Part shown: positions 1 to 9,866 of the stretch, piece after piece
How positions within the stretch are numbered: position 1 is the first letter of the stretch
Layout of the letters: the number at the start of each line of letters is the position of its first letter
Source: an uncultured Bacteroidales bacterium
GTDB taxonomy: Bacteria > Bacteroidota > Bacteroidia > Bacteroidales > UBA932
Direction: 5' to 3'
DNA length: 64,000 bases
Assembly (NCBI GenBank): GCA_944323805.1
Contig: CALUTW010000002.1
Span: forward strand, 79,659 to 143,658
The notes under the pieces: generated by a model
Told to the model about the DNA's origin: nothing
Database searches by the model: none
What the model saw: only the letters and a program-made list of their open reading frames with translations
Position numbers and translations under genes: made by a program

Positions 1-824
1 TCTCCCCTGCTGTTGAGCGTGTGGAAAGTCCTCACGTTGTCCGCCTTCTGCAGCATCATCCCCTCCTCATAGAAATCTTCCCTTGAAATATCCCCGTAAT
101 GTATCTCTATCCGGTGCCCGTTGTCCCATTCAGGTATATCCTCCCTGATGACTTCATAGCCAGTACCGACTCTCAGTGCATGCACATTCCCGTCCTCGTC
201 TTCCCATCTCTTCTGAAGGATTACGGCAATCTCCGGATAGTCGGGATATCCCATACGCTTAAGCCTGCTGAATCCTGTCCCTCTTACAGTCTCATGCCCC
301 ACATCCGCCCTGCAGTCAAAGACAAGGGCAGAAGGCCTGCCGTTAAAGCCGATTCCATACAGCACTTTTGACATCGGGTCGCGGGTATCCCGTATAGGTT
401 CCGGCAACGTGCCGAGGATGAATGCGCCCTGGCACGTAACATCCATATTCACAATCCCGAGGGCCTTGACTTCCTCGATACGTGTCTCTATCCTGGCGCA
501 GTACCCGTCGCCTCTTTTTTCAGGGAATACCGTATTGCTGGTCTTCACAATCCCTGCGACAACAGCCAGAACGTTGTTGGTACGCCAGTAATAGCCCTCT
601 GGGGCAATGAACGGCTCTCTTGTATTTACCGTATCCCTGTCCCCGAAAAATTCATGGAGGAATTTCGTCCTTCCTCCTATTATGCCTGATTCCTTGACAG
701 CCCTGACACTCCATTTGTCAAGTGTCCCGTACTCATTCAATGCCTCAACTATATGATTCTGAGCACACAAGGGGATACAGCTGCAAAGTCCGGTCAAAAT
801 GGTTAAAAAAATTGTCCGTCTCAT
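1..824 (-). CDS. PCMD (putative carbohydrate metabolism domain) protein, secreted; runs off the left edge of the window
   Basis: Not in the ORF track. ATG at 824 opens a stop-free frame to base 1: MRRTIFLTILTGLCSCIPLCAQNH...WSVRAVKESGIIGG...KTSNTVFPEKRGDGYCARIETR...ILQKRWEDEDGNVHALRVGT, the Bacteroides PCMD-family pattern. TATCTTTG promoter at 863-856. Confidence 0.8.
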   Translation of the reverse strand, partial: MRRTIFLTILTGLCSCIPLCAQNHIVEALNEYGTLDKWSVRAVKESGIIGGRTKFLHEFFGDRDTVNTREPFIAPEGYYWRTNNVLAVVAGIVKTSNTVFPEKRGDGYCARIETRIEEVKALGIVNMDVTCQGAFILGTLPEPIRDTRDPMSKVLYGIGFNGRPSALVFDCRADVGHETVRGTGFSRLKRMGYPDYPEIAVILQKRWEDEDGNVHALRVGTGYEVIREDIPEWDNGHRIEIHYGDISREDFYEEGMMLQKADNVRTFHTLNSRG

Positions 825-855
825 AAAAAAATCGTAACTATGCAGATTATATCGG

Positions 856-863
856 CAAAGATA
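856..863 (-). promoter_or_regulatory. Bacteroidota sigma-A -7 element TATCTTTG for the PCMD gene
   Basis: Plus-strand caaagata matches TAnnTTTG on the minus strand, about 30 nt upstream of the ATG at 824. Confidence 0.65.
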
Positions 864-881
864 GAAAAGGATGTGCTAATT

Positions 882-3062
882 ATGAAATCTAACGGGGTCC
901 ATATTTTTCTGGCTGTCCTGCTGCTCCTGTGCCAGTTCCTGTCAGAAGCGAGCCCGGCAAGAAAGACAGACATAGTCCTGCAGCAGCCGGACGGAAGCAC
1001 ATTCAGGGCAATATTGAAAGGGGACGAGTTTGCCAAGATTCTCACTGATATCCAGGGTAATCCGATAATCCAGGACCAGGACGGATGGTACTGCTATGCA
1101 GAATATTCATCCGACGGTTCCAGGTCCAGCACCGGATGCAGAGTCGGCAATGCCATAAGCGGGAATGCCGCCTCATACAGCCGCGACATCCCGTATGACG
1201 CCATATATGAGAAGGCTGCCATGCTGAGGCACAACGCAGTCCGGGAAGAATACAACGTCGTGCAAAGGATGAAGGGTGCCACCGGGTCATGGACAAAGTC
1301 CGGCACACCAGCCAGAAAACACGGGATAGTATTGCTCGTACAGTTTCCCGACCTCAGGTTCAAATATTCCAGGGACGACTTCATTACCCTGCTTCACAGC
1401 GGGCGTGACGGGAATAACGGCGCCGAGACATATTTCAACGACCAGTTCGGGGGTCTCCTTGAATTCTCGTTCGATGTAAGCAGCATAGTAACCGTATCGA
1501 AAAGCTACAGATACTACGGGCAGAACCGTAACAACGAAAACGGGACAGATGCCTACCCGGCCGAAATGGTAAGGGAGGCATGCATCCTGGCCGACGATGA
1601 AATCGATTTCTCCGGCTATGACGATGACAGGGACGGGACCGTCGACAACATATTCATCTTCTACGCCGGTCCGGATGAAGCGGAAGGGGCGGGAGACTTC
1701 CATATCTGGTCCCATTCGTGGTATCTCAGCTCCGGGACAGGACGCAGCCTGAGCCTCGACGGAGTAAAAATCGACAGGTACGCCTGCACCTCCGAGCTCT
1801 CCGGCGGCAACCTTGCCGGAATAGGGACATTCTGCCACGAATACAGCCACACACTCGGTCTTCCCGACCTGTACGATACCGACTACATGGGGAGCGGCGG
1901 ACTGGCAGATGCATTATGGGGCTCCACTTCGCTCATGGATTCGGGCAATACCAACGATAACGGGCATACTCCCCCGTATTTCAATGCAATAGAACGCGAA
2001 ATCCTCGGCATGGCAGAAGCGGTGCCTGTCACGGAAAGCGGCACATACAGGCTCTCCCCGATAAATGAAAGCATGGAATTCTACAGGATAGACGGGGAAC
2101 AGCCGGGCGAATACTATCTTTTTGAATGCCGTGCCGAAGAGGGATGGGACAGATATTCCGGAGGGTCCGGCATGCTGATATACCATATAGACAAGTCCGG
2201 TAACGATGCAGGGAACGGACTGACGGCATTCGACCGGTGGCAGGTTAAGTCCAACTCGGTAAACTGCAACCCGGAACATCAGTGCGCCGACCTTATCGAA
2301 GCTTCAAGGCCTGTCTCATCCGGTACGGACGGGGCATCAATCAGTTCAATTTTCTTCCCCTACGGGGACATCGATGCATTCAATTCCTGTACAGTACCGT
2401 CTTTCACATTCTGGAACGGGGACAACCCTCCATTCGAGATTTCAGGAATCACACGTGACGGCAGGGACATAATATTCAATGTAACCAAAAATTCATCCGC
2501 CGACATCCCTGTCCCGTTTGTGACAAAGTCGGATATCTTCCAGGATGCGGCAATCATCAGCTGGAGCATCGACCTCAGCTTCCAGGGGGATGTCATGGCA
2601 GAATGGGGCAGGCCGGAAGAGGAAAAGACCTCCATTACCGTGAAACCGCATTCAACAACGGGGAATGTCCTGAATTATGCGATTGTCCTTGACAGCCTGA
2701 CTCCGGGGACAGGATATGACGTCAGGATCTTCTGCCGGAACAGTGACGGGACAGACGGGAATGCAGCCTACTGCAGCTTTACCACGAAACAGACAGTTGC
2801 AAAAGGGAAGCCCTACATGTACCTGAGATACATGGAACGGAATGATGACGGATCATTCCCTATCGGTTCAAGGTTCCCCCTGCGCCTGTATAATGCGACA
2901 GACGCAGCAGAGATACGCTGGAGCATGGATGAAAAGCCGGTAAAGTCCGGGAACAGCGGATACTTCATACCGTCCTCGTCAGGCAGGCTGAAAGCTGTCA
3001 TCACATATGAGGACGGCAGTACGGATACAGTGGTAAAGGATATAATCATAGGTAAGGAATGA
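882..3062 (+). CDS. M6 family (immune inhibitor A-like) metalloprotease with C-terminal FN3/Ig-like domains
   Basis: HEYSHTLGLPDLY zinc motif, WSHSW and GTFC motifs, signal peptide from MKSNGVHIF. The ORF track starts at 840; 882 is preferred because 840-881 contains the divergent promoter. Confidence 0.9.
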   Translation: MKSNGVHIFLAVLLLLCQFLSEASPARKTDIVLQQPDGSTFRAILKGDEFAKILTDIQGNPIIQDQDGWYCYAEYSSDGSRSSTGCRVGNAISGNAASYSRDIPYDAIYEKAAMLRHNAVREEYNVVQRMKGATGSWTKSGTPARKHGIVLLVQFPDLRFKYSRDDFITLLHSGRDGNNGAETYFNDQFGGLLEFSFDVSSIVTVSKSYRYYGQNRNNENGTDAYPAEMVREACILADDEIDFSGYDDDRDGTVDNIFIFYAGPDEAEGAGDFHIWSHSWYLSSGTGRSLSLDGVKIDRYACTSELSGGNLAGIGTFCHEYSHTLGLPDLYDTDYMGSGGLADALWGSTSLMDSGNTNDNGHTPPYFNAIEREILGMAEAVPVTESGTYRLSPINESMEFYRIDGEQPGEYYLFECRAEEGWDRYSGGSGMLIYHIDKSGNDAGNGLTAFDRWQVKSNSVNCNPEHQCADLIEASRPVSSGTDGASISSIFFPYGDIDAFNSCTVPSFTFWNGDNPPFEISGITRDGRDIIFNVTKNSSADIPVPFVTKSDIFQDAAIISWSIDLSFQGDVMAEWGRPEEEKTSITVKPHSTTGNVLNYAIVLDSLTPGTGYDVRIFCRNSDGTDGNAAYCSFTTKQTVAKGKPYMYLRYMERNDDGSFPIGSRFPLRLYNATDAAEIRWSMDEKPVKSGNSGYFIPSSSGRLKAVITYEDGSTDTVVKDIIIGKE

Positions 3063-3487
3063 AAACTGCACGACATATCCCGGCCTCACTTGCAATGGCC
3101 GTACTGCTCCTGGCGGCATCCGGGTGCGACAGGCGCATTTTTACCGTAGAGCAGTTCACTGCTGTCGATGAGATATCGCTTGTCATAAAAGGCTCCACAT
3201 TGCTGGAGTATTCCCCAAATACGCACCAGCTCGGATTCAGCAGGGACAGATGCGAATTCCGCGTGTCGGATGACAACATGGCCGACTATTTCTTCCTTAC
3301 CTGCAACGAGCTCCCGTCGATGACAGGCCAGGTCATAAAGGCCGACCTGGAATATACCACCCCTGACGACATCAAATCCAGGCCGGGACTCGAGCTGGAA
3401 GTGACAGGTATCGATGAAAACAGCGGCAAGATCTGGCTGTGGAATGAAAGATATCAGATAGGGATAGTAGTAATGCCATTAAATTGA
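3059..3487 (+). CDS. Hypothetical lipoprotein
   Basis: Lipobox LAASG-C; ATGA overlap with the M6 protease stop. Confidence 0.7.
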   Translation: MKTARHIPASLAMAVLLLAASGCDRRIFTVEQFTAVDEISLVIKGSTLLEYSPNTHQLGFSRDRCEFRVSDDNMADYFFLTCNELPSMTGQVIKADLEYTTPDDIKSRPGLELEVTGIDENSGKIWLWNERYQIGIVVMPLN

Positions 3488-3495
3488 AGCAATAT

Positions 3496-4140
3496 ATGAA
3501 AACATTAAGGATACCCTTTATAGAAGGGTTGGATTCAATGTCCTGGGAAGCACGGGAAAAAGCGATGGCCCTCCATGCTGCGAAAGCATCTGCCGACACC
3601 GTAAACTGGCCTGCTGAATGGCCTTATTGCCCGATAATGGATTTCCATGCGGCCAGAGGGGAGACAATGCTTTTCATAATGTATCATGTCAGGGGGCTCG
3701 ACCTGCGGGCTGAAGCCCTTGAAGACAACGGGCCAGTATGGGAAGACAGCTGCTGCGAGTTCTTCGTTTCCGATCCGTCTGACGGCACATACTACAATTT
3801 CGAGATGAACTGCATAGGGACCCTGCTTGCATCAAAGCGGAAAAGCCGGAGCGAATTTGTCAGGTTCACAGATGAACAGCTTGCAATGATATCGAGATAC
3901 AGTTCATTGGCACGCGGCAGATACGACATATCCGACAGCCTGTTCAGCTGGGAGACCGGGATAGGCATTCCGTTCAGGCTCATCGGATTCGACCCGGACA
4001 ATCTGCCGGCATCAGCAAGGGCGAATTTCTACAAATGCGCAGACAGGAGCGCCCACCCGCACTTCGTAAGCTGGAATCCGATAGACGTCCCGTCGCCTGA
4101 TTTCCACAGGCCGGAATTCTTCGGGGAACTGACTTTCTGA
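3496..4140 (+). CDS. Carbohydrate-binding family 9-like (CBM9/DOMON-like) protein
   Basis: VWEDSCCEFF, YYNFEMNCIG, NFYKCAD and PDFHRPEFFG motifs of the Bacteroidota CBM9-like family. The track start is TTG 3484. Confidence 0.8.
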   Translation: MKTLRIPFIEGLDSMSWEAREKAMALHAAKASADTVNWPAEWPYCPIMDFHAARGETMLFIMYHVRGLDLRAEALEDNGPVWEDSCCEFFVSDPSDGTYYNFEMNCIGTLLASKRKSRSEFVRFTDEQLAMISRYSSLARGRYDISDSLFSWETGIGIPFRLIGFDPDNLPASARANFYKCADRSAHPHFVSWNPIDVPSPDFHRPEFFGELTF

Positions 4141-4189
4141 TAATTTTCGTATATTACGGCAATCAATAACATAAAACTAATACCATATC

Positions 4190-5338
4190 ATGTACACTGA
4201 ACAGGAACTGAGAGAAATCGTATCGAGATTCGAACTGGATTCAGAAGCCGATACCATCAAGGCAATGGGCCCCGGCTTTATCAATGACACAATGATTGTC
4301 TCCACGAGACCGGACTCCGACGGGCATGTCTCACGATATATCCTGCAGCGCAAGAACCACAATGTGTTCCCTGATGTCCCGGGAATGATGATGAATATCG
4401 ACATGGTAACCGGGCATCTGCGCAGGAAAGTCCTGGAGGCCGGAGGCGACCCGGACAGGGAAGTGCTTAAGGTCATCCGGAGGAAACCGGAAAGCATTAC
4501 CGACGCTGAAAGACAGTCCAAGGGACACGACCTCTACTACAGGGACGGTCATGGCAACTTCTGGGCAATGTGCCTGTTCATAGAAGGTTCGGTAACATAT
4601 GAGAAGGCCGACAGCCCGGCCCTTGCCTATAAGGGAGGGGAAGGCATAGGAAAGTTCCAGTCCATGCTCGCAGATTTTACAGAACCTCTCAACGAGACGA
4701 TAAAAGGGTTCCACAATATCCGCTGGAGATTCAGCCAGTGGGAAGAGACCCTGAAAAGGGATGCTGCCGGACGAGCAAAGGATGTCGCCGAGGAAATCGG
4801 CTGGATTGAATCCCGCAAAGACGAGATGCTTGCATTCTGGAGCCTTGTGGAAAACGGCACCCTCCCGACAAGAGTTACCCATAATGACACAAAGATCAGC
4901 AACATCCTTTTCAACAAGGAAGGGAATGTCCTATGTGTCATAGACCTTGACACCTGCATGAGCAGCACGTCCCTGAATGACTTCGGGGATGCCATCAGGT
5001 CGTATACGAACACAGGGGCAGAAGACGACAGGGATCTCGGCAAGGTATCCATGTCAATGGAAATGTTCAAGGCATATACGGCAGGCTATCTTTCACAGCG
5101 CAAGAGCACGCTGTGCAGGAGCGAAGCCGACAATCTGGCTTTCTCGGCGAGATATATCACATTCGAGCAGGTTCTGCGTTTCCTCATGGACTACATCGAC
5201 GGGGACGTATACTACAAGACCGCCTACCCTGAACACAATCTTGTCAGGACACGTGCACAGTACAGGCTCCTCCGCAGCATGGAAGAGCAGTACGCTGAAA
5301 TGCAGGCTGTCGTTGAAGAGCTCATGAAACAGGACTGA
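4190..5338 (+). CDS. APH-family phosphotransferase, N-acetylhexosamine 1-kinase (NahK)-like
   Basis: G-F-INDT loop, YILQRKNHNVF, THNDTKISNIL (Brenner motif), VIDLDT, DFGDAIRS. Confidence 0.8.
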   Translation: MYTEQELREIVSRFELDSEADTIKAMGPGFINDTMIVSTRPDSDGHVSRYILQRKNHNVFPDVPGMMMNIDMVTGHLRRKVLEAGGDPDREVLKVIRRKPESITDAERQSKGHDLYYRDGHGNFWAMCLFIEGSVTYEKADSPALAYKGGEGIGKFQSMLADFTEPLNETIKGFHNIRWRFSQWEETLKRDAAGRAKDVAEEIGWIESRKDEMLAFWSLVENGTLPTRVTHNDTKISNILFNKEGNVLCVIDLDTCMSSTSLNDFGDAIRSYTNTGAEDDRDLGKVSMSMEMFKAYTAGYLSQRKSTLCRSEADNLAFSARYITFEQVLRFLMDYIDGDVYYKTAYPEHNLVRTRAQYRLLRSMEEQYAEMQAVVEELMKQD

Positions 5339-5353
5339 AGCCTGTGAGGATAC

Positions 5354-5430
5354 TCCAAAGAGGGCGACTAAAAATGGTATTTTCTGCGTTACGCATGAAA
5401 TTCCACCTTTTCAGTCGCCCTTTTATTGGA
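5354..5430. repeat. Long imperfect palindrome (REP/MITE-like element, possible bidirectional terminator)
   Basis: tccaa(5354)/ttgga(5430), agggcgact(5361-69)/agtcgccct(5413-21), and an inner tgcg-tta-cgca hairpin; lies between convergent genes. Confidence 0.7.
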
Positions 5431-5476
5431 AATATTGTTTCATCAGCGGTGTTTCCGCTATACAGTATTAACGTCC

Positions 5477-7102
5477 CTACCACACAAAATCGAAACGGAT
5501 ATCGCGAGGTATATTATGCCCGTTGACATTGGCGATGTCGGCTGCCAGGGCCTCCGGAACAACAGCATTCTCCGATGCATATGTCCTGGCAAACTCGTAA
5601 TTGCCTTCTGCCTGCACAGTCAGGATCAGTTCTGCCCATGAATCTATAGCCTTGAGGGCCTTTTCATAATCTATATGATAAAATCCGTCGCTGTTGCGGT
5701 AGAAAGCCCCGTTCTCCTTCATGAAATTATAGCACATCATATTGGCCCTGCCATGTGACGATGCCGAGCCGAAACGCACGGACCTCACGAGCCCGGCGAT
5801 ATAGGTAGTTATGGCATCCTCCTTGGAAATAAGAGGGATTTCCTCCATATCAACGAGCTTGCACACCATGAAGAGACCGAGGATATCTGCCTTTGCCTCC
5901 TCCCATGTAGTCCTTTCCGAACCGAGAGCCTCATCTACAGTCCCCTTTCCGTTCACTGTCTCCTTTACCCCGAGCCCGTGGGCGACCTCATGGAATGTCA
6001 CATTCCAGAAGAAAGCCTCATCACGCAGATGCTTCTGCTGCTCCGGCTCTATCAGAAGCCGTCCTATCGGAAGAAGAATCTTGCTGAATTTCGCCTTCAT
6101 GCTGTTGTAGAGCTGAAGCCTGCGTGCCCCTTTTGCGGCATGGACACGTTCATCGTTCGGCAAGTTGATGGCTATCGTCTTGCTGCCGGCATTGCAGTCC
6201 CCGGCATAGTAGATTGCATCGTATACATTCAGGTCTGAAGAGGTCCCGGGCACAAAAGTCTTGTACTCAGGCTTGCATGGCAGCATCTTCTGAAGCTCCG
6301 GAAGCATGGATACATACTTCGCAAGTTCGGCACTGCGCTCCTCATCCTTCAACAGGATGAAGCACTCGTATGATGCCTTGGCCTCGTTGAGCTTGTCGTC
6401 ATAATTCTCTATCGGACCTATGACAATGTCTATCTTGCTGTCTTTCATATCCATCCAGGCCATGTCGCTTTCAAGGTAGTCATCTGTGCGGAAAGCCTGG
6501 ACGCGTTTCAGGAGATAATTCCTGAGGCCTTCATTCTCCGTGATTGAAGCAGCCTCCTCGAGATACCTGCATACCTGCTCCAGCTCGGCACGGTACTCGT
6601 CGCGGTACCAGACACATTTCAGTCCGCCGTTTTCATCGCGCCTCAGCACTGTATAGAGACTGTTCTTGTCCGGATCGTCAAAAGCCTCGAACTCCTCTGC
6701 CGTGATATCTGCAGGATAATAGTTCGCGCCGAGAGGCTTTGCCCCATAGCCGTCGACAAACGGCTCATTGTCGGCAAGGCGGTCCCATGGCCCGTAATTT
6801 ATCATAGCATAGTCACGTGCTGCAGGATCATCGAGATTTTCCATGAGGCTCCTGTCCCCGAAAGTCTGTTTCCAGAAAAGGTCATCCATTACCCTCGCCG
6901 CCGAGCGGAACAGGTTCAGGACCTGCATGTCCTTGTCGGAGAGTGTCTCCAGCAGAGGCGAGCTGACCTCGACCACCGCATATTCGTCTACCTTTGCCTG
7001 CAGGTTGCTGTCCCCAGCCCCGGAACAAGAAGCGACAGCAGCCATTCCGGCTGCCGTCGCACATAAGACTGTAAATCTTTTCATCGGATACATGGCCGGC
7101 AT
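5477..7102 (-). CDS. Peptidase M49 (dipeptidyl peptidase III-like) Zn hydrolase, lipoprotein
   Basis: GKTIAINLPND, HEVAHGLG, EEAKADILG motifs; lipobox VASC. Confidence 0.85.
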   Translation of the reverse strand: MPAMYPMKRFTVLCATAAGMAAVASCSGAGDSNLQAKVDEYAVVEVSSPLLETLSDKDMQVLNLFRSAARVMDDLFWKQTFGDRSLMENLDDPAARDYAMINYGPWDRLADNEPFVDGYGAKPLGANYYPADITAEEFEAFDDPDKNSLYTVLRRDENGGLKCVWYRDEYRAELEQVCRYLEEAASITENEGLRNYLLKRVQAFRTDDYLESDMAWMDMKDSKIDIVIGPIENYDDKLNEAKASYECFILLKDEERSAELAKYVSMLPELQKMLPCKPEYKTFVPGTSSDLNVYDAIYYAGDCNAGSKTIAINLPNDERVHAAKGARRLQLYNSMKAKFSKILLPIGRLLIEPEQQKHLRDEAFFWNVTFHEVAHGLGVKETVNGKGTVDEALGSERTTWEEAKADILGLFMVCKLVDMEEIPLISKEDAITTYIAGLVRSVRFGSASSHGRANMMCYNFMKENGAFYRNSDGFYHIDYEKALKAIDSWAELILTVQAEGNYEFARTYASENAVVPEALAADIANVNGHNIPRDIRFDFVW

Positions 7103-7854
7103 CAGAATGACTGTGCGATAGCTATGAAATCATCTGCCTTCAGCGCAGCGCCACCGATAAGGCCGCCGTCAATATCAGGACATGCAAAGAGCTCCTTTGC
7201 ATTTGACGGCTTGCAGCTTCCGCCATAAAGGATAGTGATCTCCCCGGCAAGAGCCCCGAACTTGTCTGCAAGGACCTTGCGGATGCATGCATGGATTTCC
7301 TGTGCCTGCTCAGCTGTTGCAGTCTTGCCTGTACCGATGGCCCATACCGGCTCGTAGGCAACGATTACCTTGGACATCTCCTCGGCTGAAAGGGTATAGA
7401 GGACATTCTCGACCTGTCCTGAAACCACCTCGAAATGACGCCCTGCCTCGCGTTCCTCAAGATTCTCGCCTACACAGAAGATAGGGGAAAGCCCTGCAGC
7501 AATTGCAAGTTTGACCTTGTCCACAAGTTTCGCATCAGTCTCGCCGTAATACTGCCTCCTCTCCGAATGTCCGAGAATGGTATATCCGCATCCTACCGAT
7601 GAAAGCATATCCACTGAAACCTCTCCGGTATATGCACCTTTCTCCTTGTCTGCGCAGTTCTGTGCGGAAAGTCCCACTGCTGAGCCTTTCACAACCTCAG
7701 CCACAGGATAGAGATGGGTAAACGGAGGTGCGATGATGAGCTTAACGGAAGCTGGAACTTCTGAAGCCTTTGCCACGACAGCCTTTGCAAGCTCGATTCC
7801 CTCAGGAACGGATGTATTCATCTTCCAGTTCCCGGCAACAATATTCTTTCTCAT
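7102..7854 (-). CDS. tpiA: Triosephosphate isomerase
   Basis: [36 protein letters not shown]. Confidence 0.99.
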   Translation of the reverse strand: MRKNIVAGNWKMNTSVPEGIELAKAVVAKASEVPASVKLIIAPPFTHLYPVAEVVKGSAVGLSAQNCADKEKGAYTGEVSVDMLSSVGCGYTILGHSERRQYYGETDAKLVDKVKLAIAAGLSPIFCVGENLEEREAGRHFEVVSGQVENVLYTLSAEEMSKVIVAYEPVWAIGTGKTATAEQAQEIHACIRKVLADKFGALAGEITILYGGSCKPSNAKELFACPDIDGGLIGGAALKADDFIAIAQSF

Positions 7855-7892
7855 AATTATATAATTTAAAAGTTATGACTTTTCAAGCCGCG

Positions 7893-7942
7893 CAAATTTA
7901 GCAATAATTCGCAAATTCTATATTGAATTTTAGCTATCTTTG
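7893..7942. promoter_or_regulatory. Divergent -7 promoter elements: TAAATTTG (minus, 7900-7893, tpiA) and TATCTTTG (plus, 7935-7942, tyrS)
   Basis: Both match the Bacteroidota TAnnTTTG consensus at the expected distance from the start codons. Confidence 0.7.
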
Positions 7943-7974
7943 CAGACCGCAATCATAAAATTATTATTCATCCG

Positions 7975-9264
7975 ATGAAAAACTTTGTAGAGGAACTCAA
8001 ATGGCGCGGCATGATACAGGACATCATGCCTGGGACTGAAGAGAAACTGATGGAAGGTCCGACTGCTGCATATGTGGGCATTGACCCTACAGCGGACTCA
8101 CTACATATAGGACATCTGGTAAGTGTGATGATTCTCAAGCATTTCCAGAACTGCGGACACAAGCCTTTCGCACTTGTCGGCGGAGCTACCGGCATGATCG
8201 GGGACCCTTCGATGAAGTCCCAGGAAAGGAATCTGCTTGACGAGGAGACACTTGCACATAATGTAGCCTGCATCAAGAGACAGCTTTCAAGATTCCTTGA
8301 CTTCGAGTCAGATGCTCCGAACAGGGCAGAGCTCGTAAACAATTACGACTGGATGAAAGACTACACCTTCATCGATTTCGCACGCGACATCGGCAAGCAT
8401 ATAACAGTCAACTACATGATGGCCAAGGACTCCGTGAAAAAGAGACTCTCGTCCGAATCCAGGGAGGGCATGTCATTCACGGAATTCACATACCAGCTTC
8501 TCCAGGGATACGACTTCCTGTGGCTGTACGAGCACAAGGGATGCACCCTTCAGATGGGAGGGAGCGACCAGTGGGGCAACATTACCACCGGCACCGAGCT
8601 CATACGCAGGATGCTCGGGAAGGAGGCATATGCACTTACCTGCCCGCTCATCACAAAAGCGGACGGAGGCAAGTTCGGCAAGACGGAAAAGGGGAATGTA
8701 TGGCTCGACCCGGAAAGGACATCCCCGTACCAGTTCTACCAGTTCTGGCTCAACGTCTCCGACGAAGATGCGGCAAGATACATAAAGATATTCACAATGC
8801 TCTCCCGGGAAGAGATCGAGGCGGCAATTGCCGGACATGCAGAGGCTCCGCACCTGAGACAGCTTCAGCGGCTGCTTGCAAAGGAGATCACGATAATGGT
8901 TCATGGGGAAGAGGAATACGGGAAGGCAGTGGCAGCTTCGGAGATGCTCTTCGGCAACGCCACGTCTGAAGCCCTGAAGAAGCTCGACGAGAAGACTTTC
9001 CTGCAGGTTTTCGACGGGGTTCCGACATTTGAGGTGGAGGCGTCCAGGCTTCCGCTGAATATCCTCGACCTGCTCGCCGTAGAGACCTCTGTCTTCCCGT
9101 CCAAGGGAGAATGCCGCAAGATGGTGCAGTCAAACGGTGTCAGCATCGACAAGGAAAAGGTTTCGGACATCAATGCGATGATAGGCGAGGAATCCGTCCT
9201 CAACGGCAAGTACATACTTGCACAGAAAGGCAAGAAGAACTATTTCATCATACGCCTGAAATAA
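7975..9264 (+). CDS. tyrS: Tyrosine--tRNA ligase
   Basis: HIGH motif (LHIGHL), [20 protein letters not shown]-terminal S4 domain. Confidence 0.99.
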   Translation: MKNFVEELKWRGMIQDIMPGTEEKLMEGPTAAYVGIDPTADSLHIGHLVSVMILKHFQNCGHKPFALVGGATGMIGDPSMKSQERNLLDEETLAHNVACIKRQLSRFLDFESDAPNRAELVNNYDWMKDYTFIDFARDIGKHITVNYMMAKDSVKKRLSSESREGMSFTEFTYQLLQGYDFLWLYEHKGCTLQMGGSDQWGNITTGTELIRRMLGKEAYALTCPLITKADGGKFGKTEKGNVWLDPERTSPYQFYQFWLNVSDEDAARYIKIFTMLSREEIEAAIAGHAEAPHLRQLQRLLAKEITIMVHGEEEYGKAVAASEMLFGNATSEALKKLDEKTFLQVFDGVPTFEVEASRLPLNILDLLAVETSVFPSKGECRKMVQSNGVSIDKEKVSDINAMIGEESVLNGKYILAQKGKKNYFIIRLK

Positions 9265-9272
9265 GGGACGCG

Positions 9273-9503
9273 GAAACCGCAGCAACCTCATGGAGAACAA
9301 GGCGGACGAGAGCATGAAACCGCAGCAACCTCACGGTTGTGAGGATTTCGGGATCGAGTCCAACGCAGTTATCGTCAATAAATTATACAGAACTTCGGTT
9401 CGCAGTTTATTTTGGGCGAGAACAAGGCGGACGAGAGCATGAAACCGCAGCAACCTCATGGTTGTGAGGATTTCGGGATCGAGTCCAACGCAGTTATCGT
9501 CAA
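9273..9503 (+). repeat. Two direct copies of an 86-bp structured repeat (9293-9378, 9418-9503) plus a 21-bp partial copy (9273-9293)
   Basis: The copies differ at one base (C9334 vs T9459); period 125 bp; internal hairpin cctcac-ggtt-gtgagg; the spacer has a gaac-ttcg-gttc hairpin. Confidence 0.95.
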
Positions 9504-9518
9504 AAAGAAACAAGAAAT

Positions 9519-9863
9519 ATGGAACAGGAAAGCACAAGACAGCTAAAGGTAGCCAAAGAACTCCAGCGCGACATTGCTGAAATCATCAGAAGCAAAGGGA
9601 TGGCGATGTTCGACGGGGCCCTTGTCTCAGTAAGCGGCGTCAAGATAAGCCCTGACCTGTCAACGGCAAAGGTATATGTCAGCATATTCCCGTCCTCGAA
9701 GGCAGAAAAGGCAATGGAGATACTGGAGGAGAATTCACGGGCGCTCAGGGGCGAACTTGGCAACAGGGTTGCCAAGCAGCTGAGGATAGTGCCGGAGATA
9801 ACCTTCTTCAGGGATGACTCGCTGGACTATGTGGAGCATATAGAGGAACTTCTGAAGAAATAG
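9519..9863 (+). CDS. rbfA: 30S ribosome-binding factor A
   Basis: STRQLKVAKELQRDI, SPDLSTAKVYVS, LRIVPEITFFRDDS. Confidence 0.97.
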   Translation: MEQESTRQLKVAKELQRDIAEIIRSKGMAMFDGALVSVSGVKISPDLSTAKVYVSIFPSSKAEKAMEILEENSRALRGELGNRVAKQLRIVPEITFFRDDSLDYVEHIEELLKK

Positions 9864-9866
9864 AAG

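Noticed and set aside
9273-9503. CRISPR array or T-box riboswitch
   Set aside because: There are only two full units, 86 bp long (too long for CRISPR repeats), one spacer and no cas genes. The element lies downstream of tyrS and has no T-box motif.
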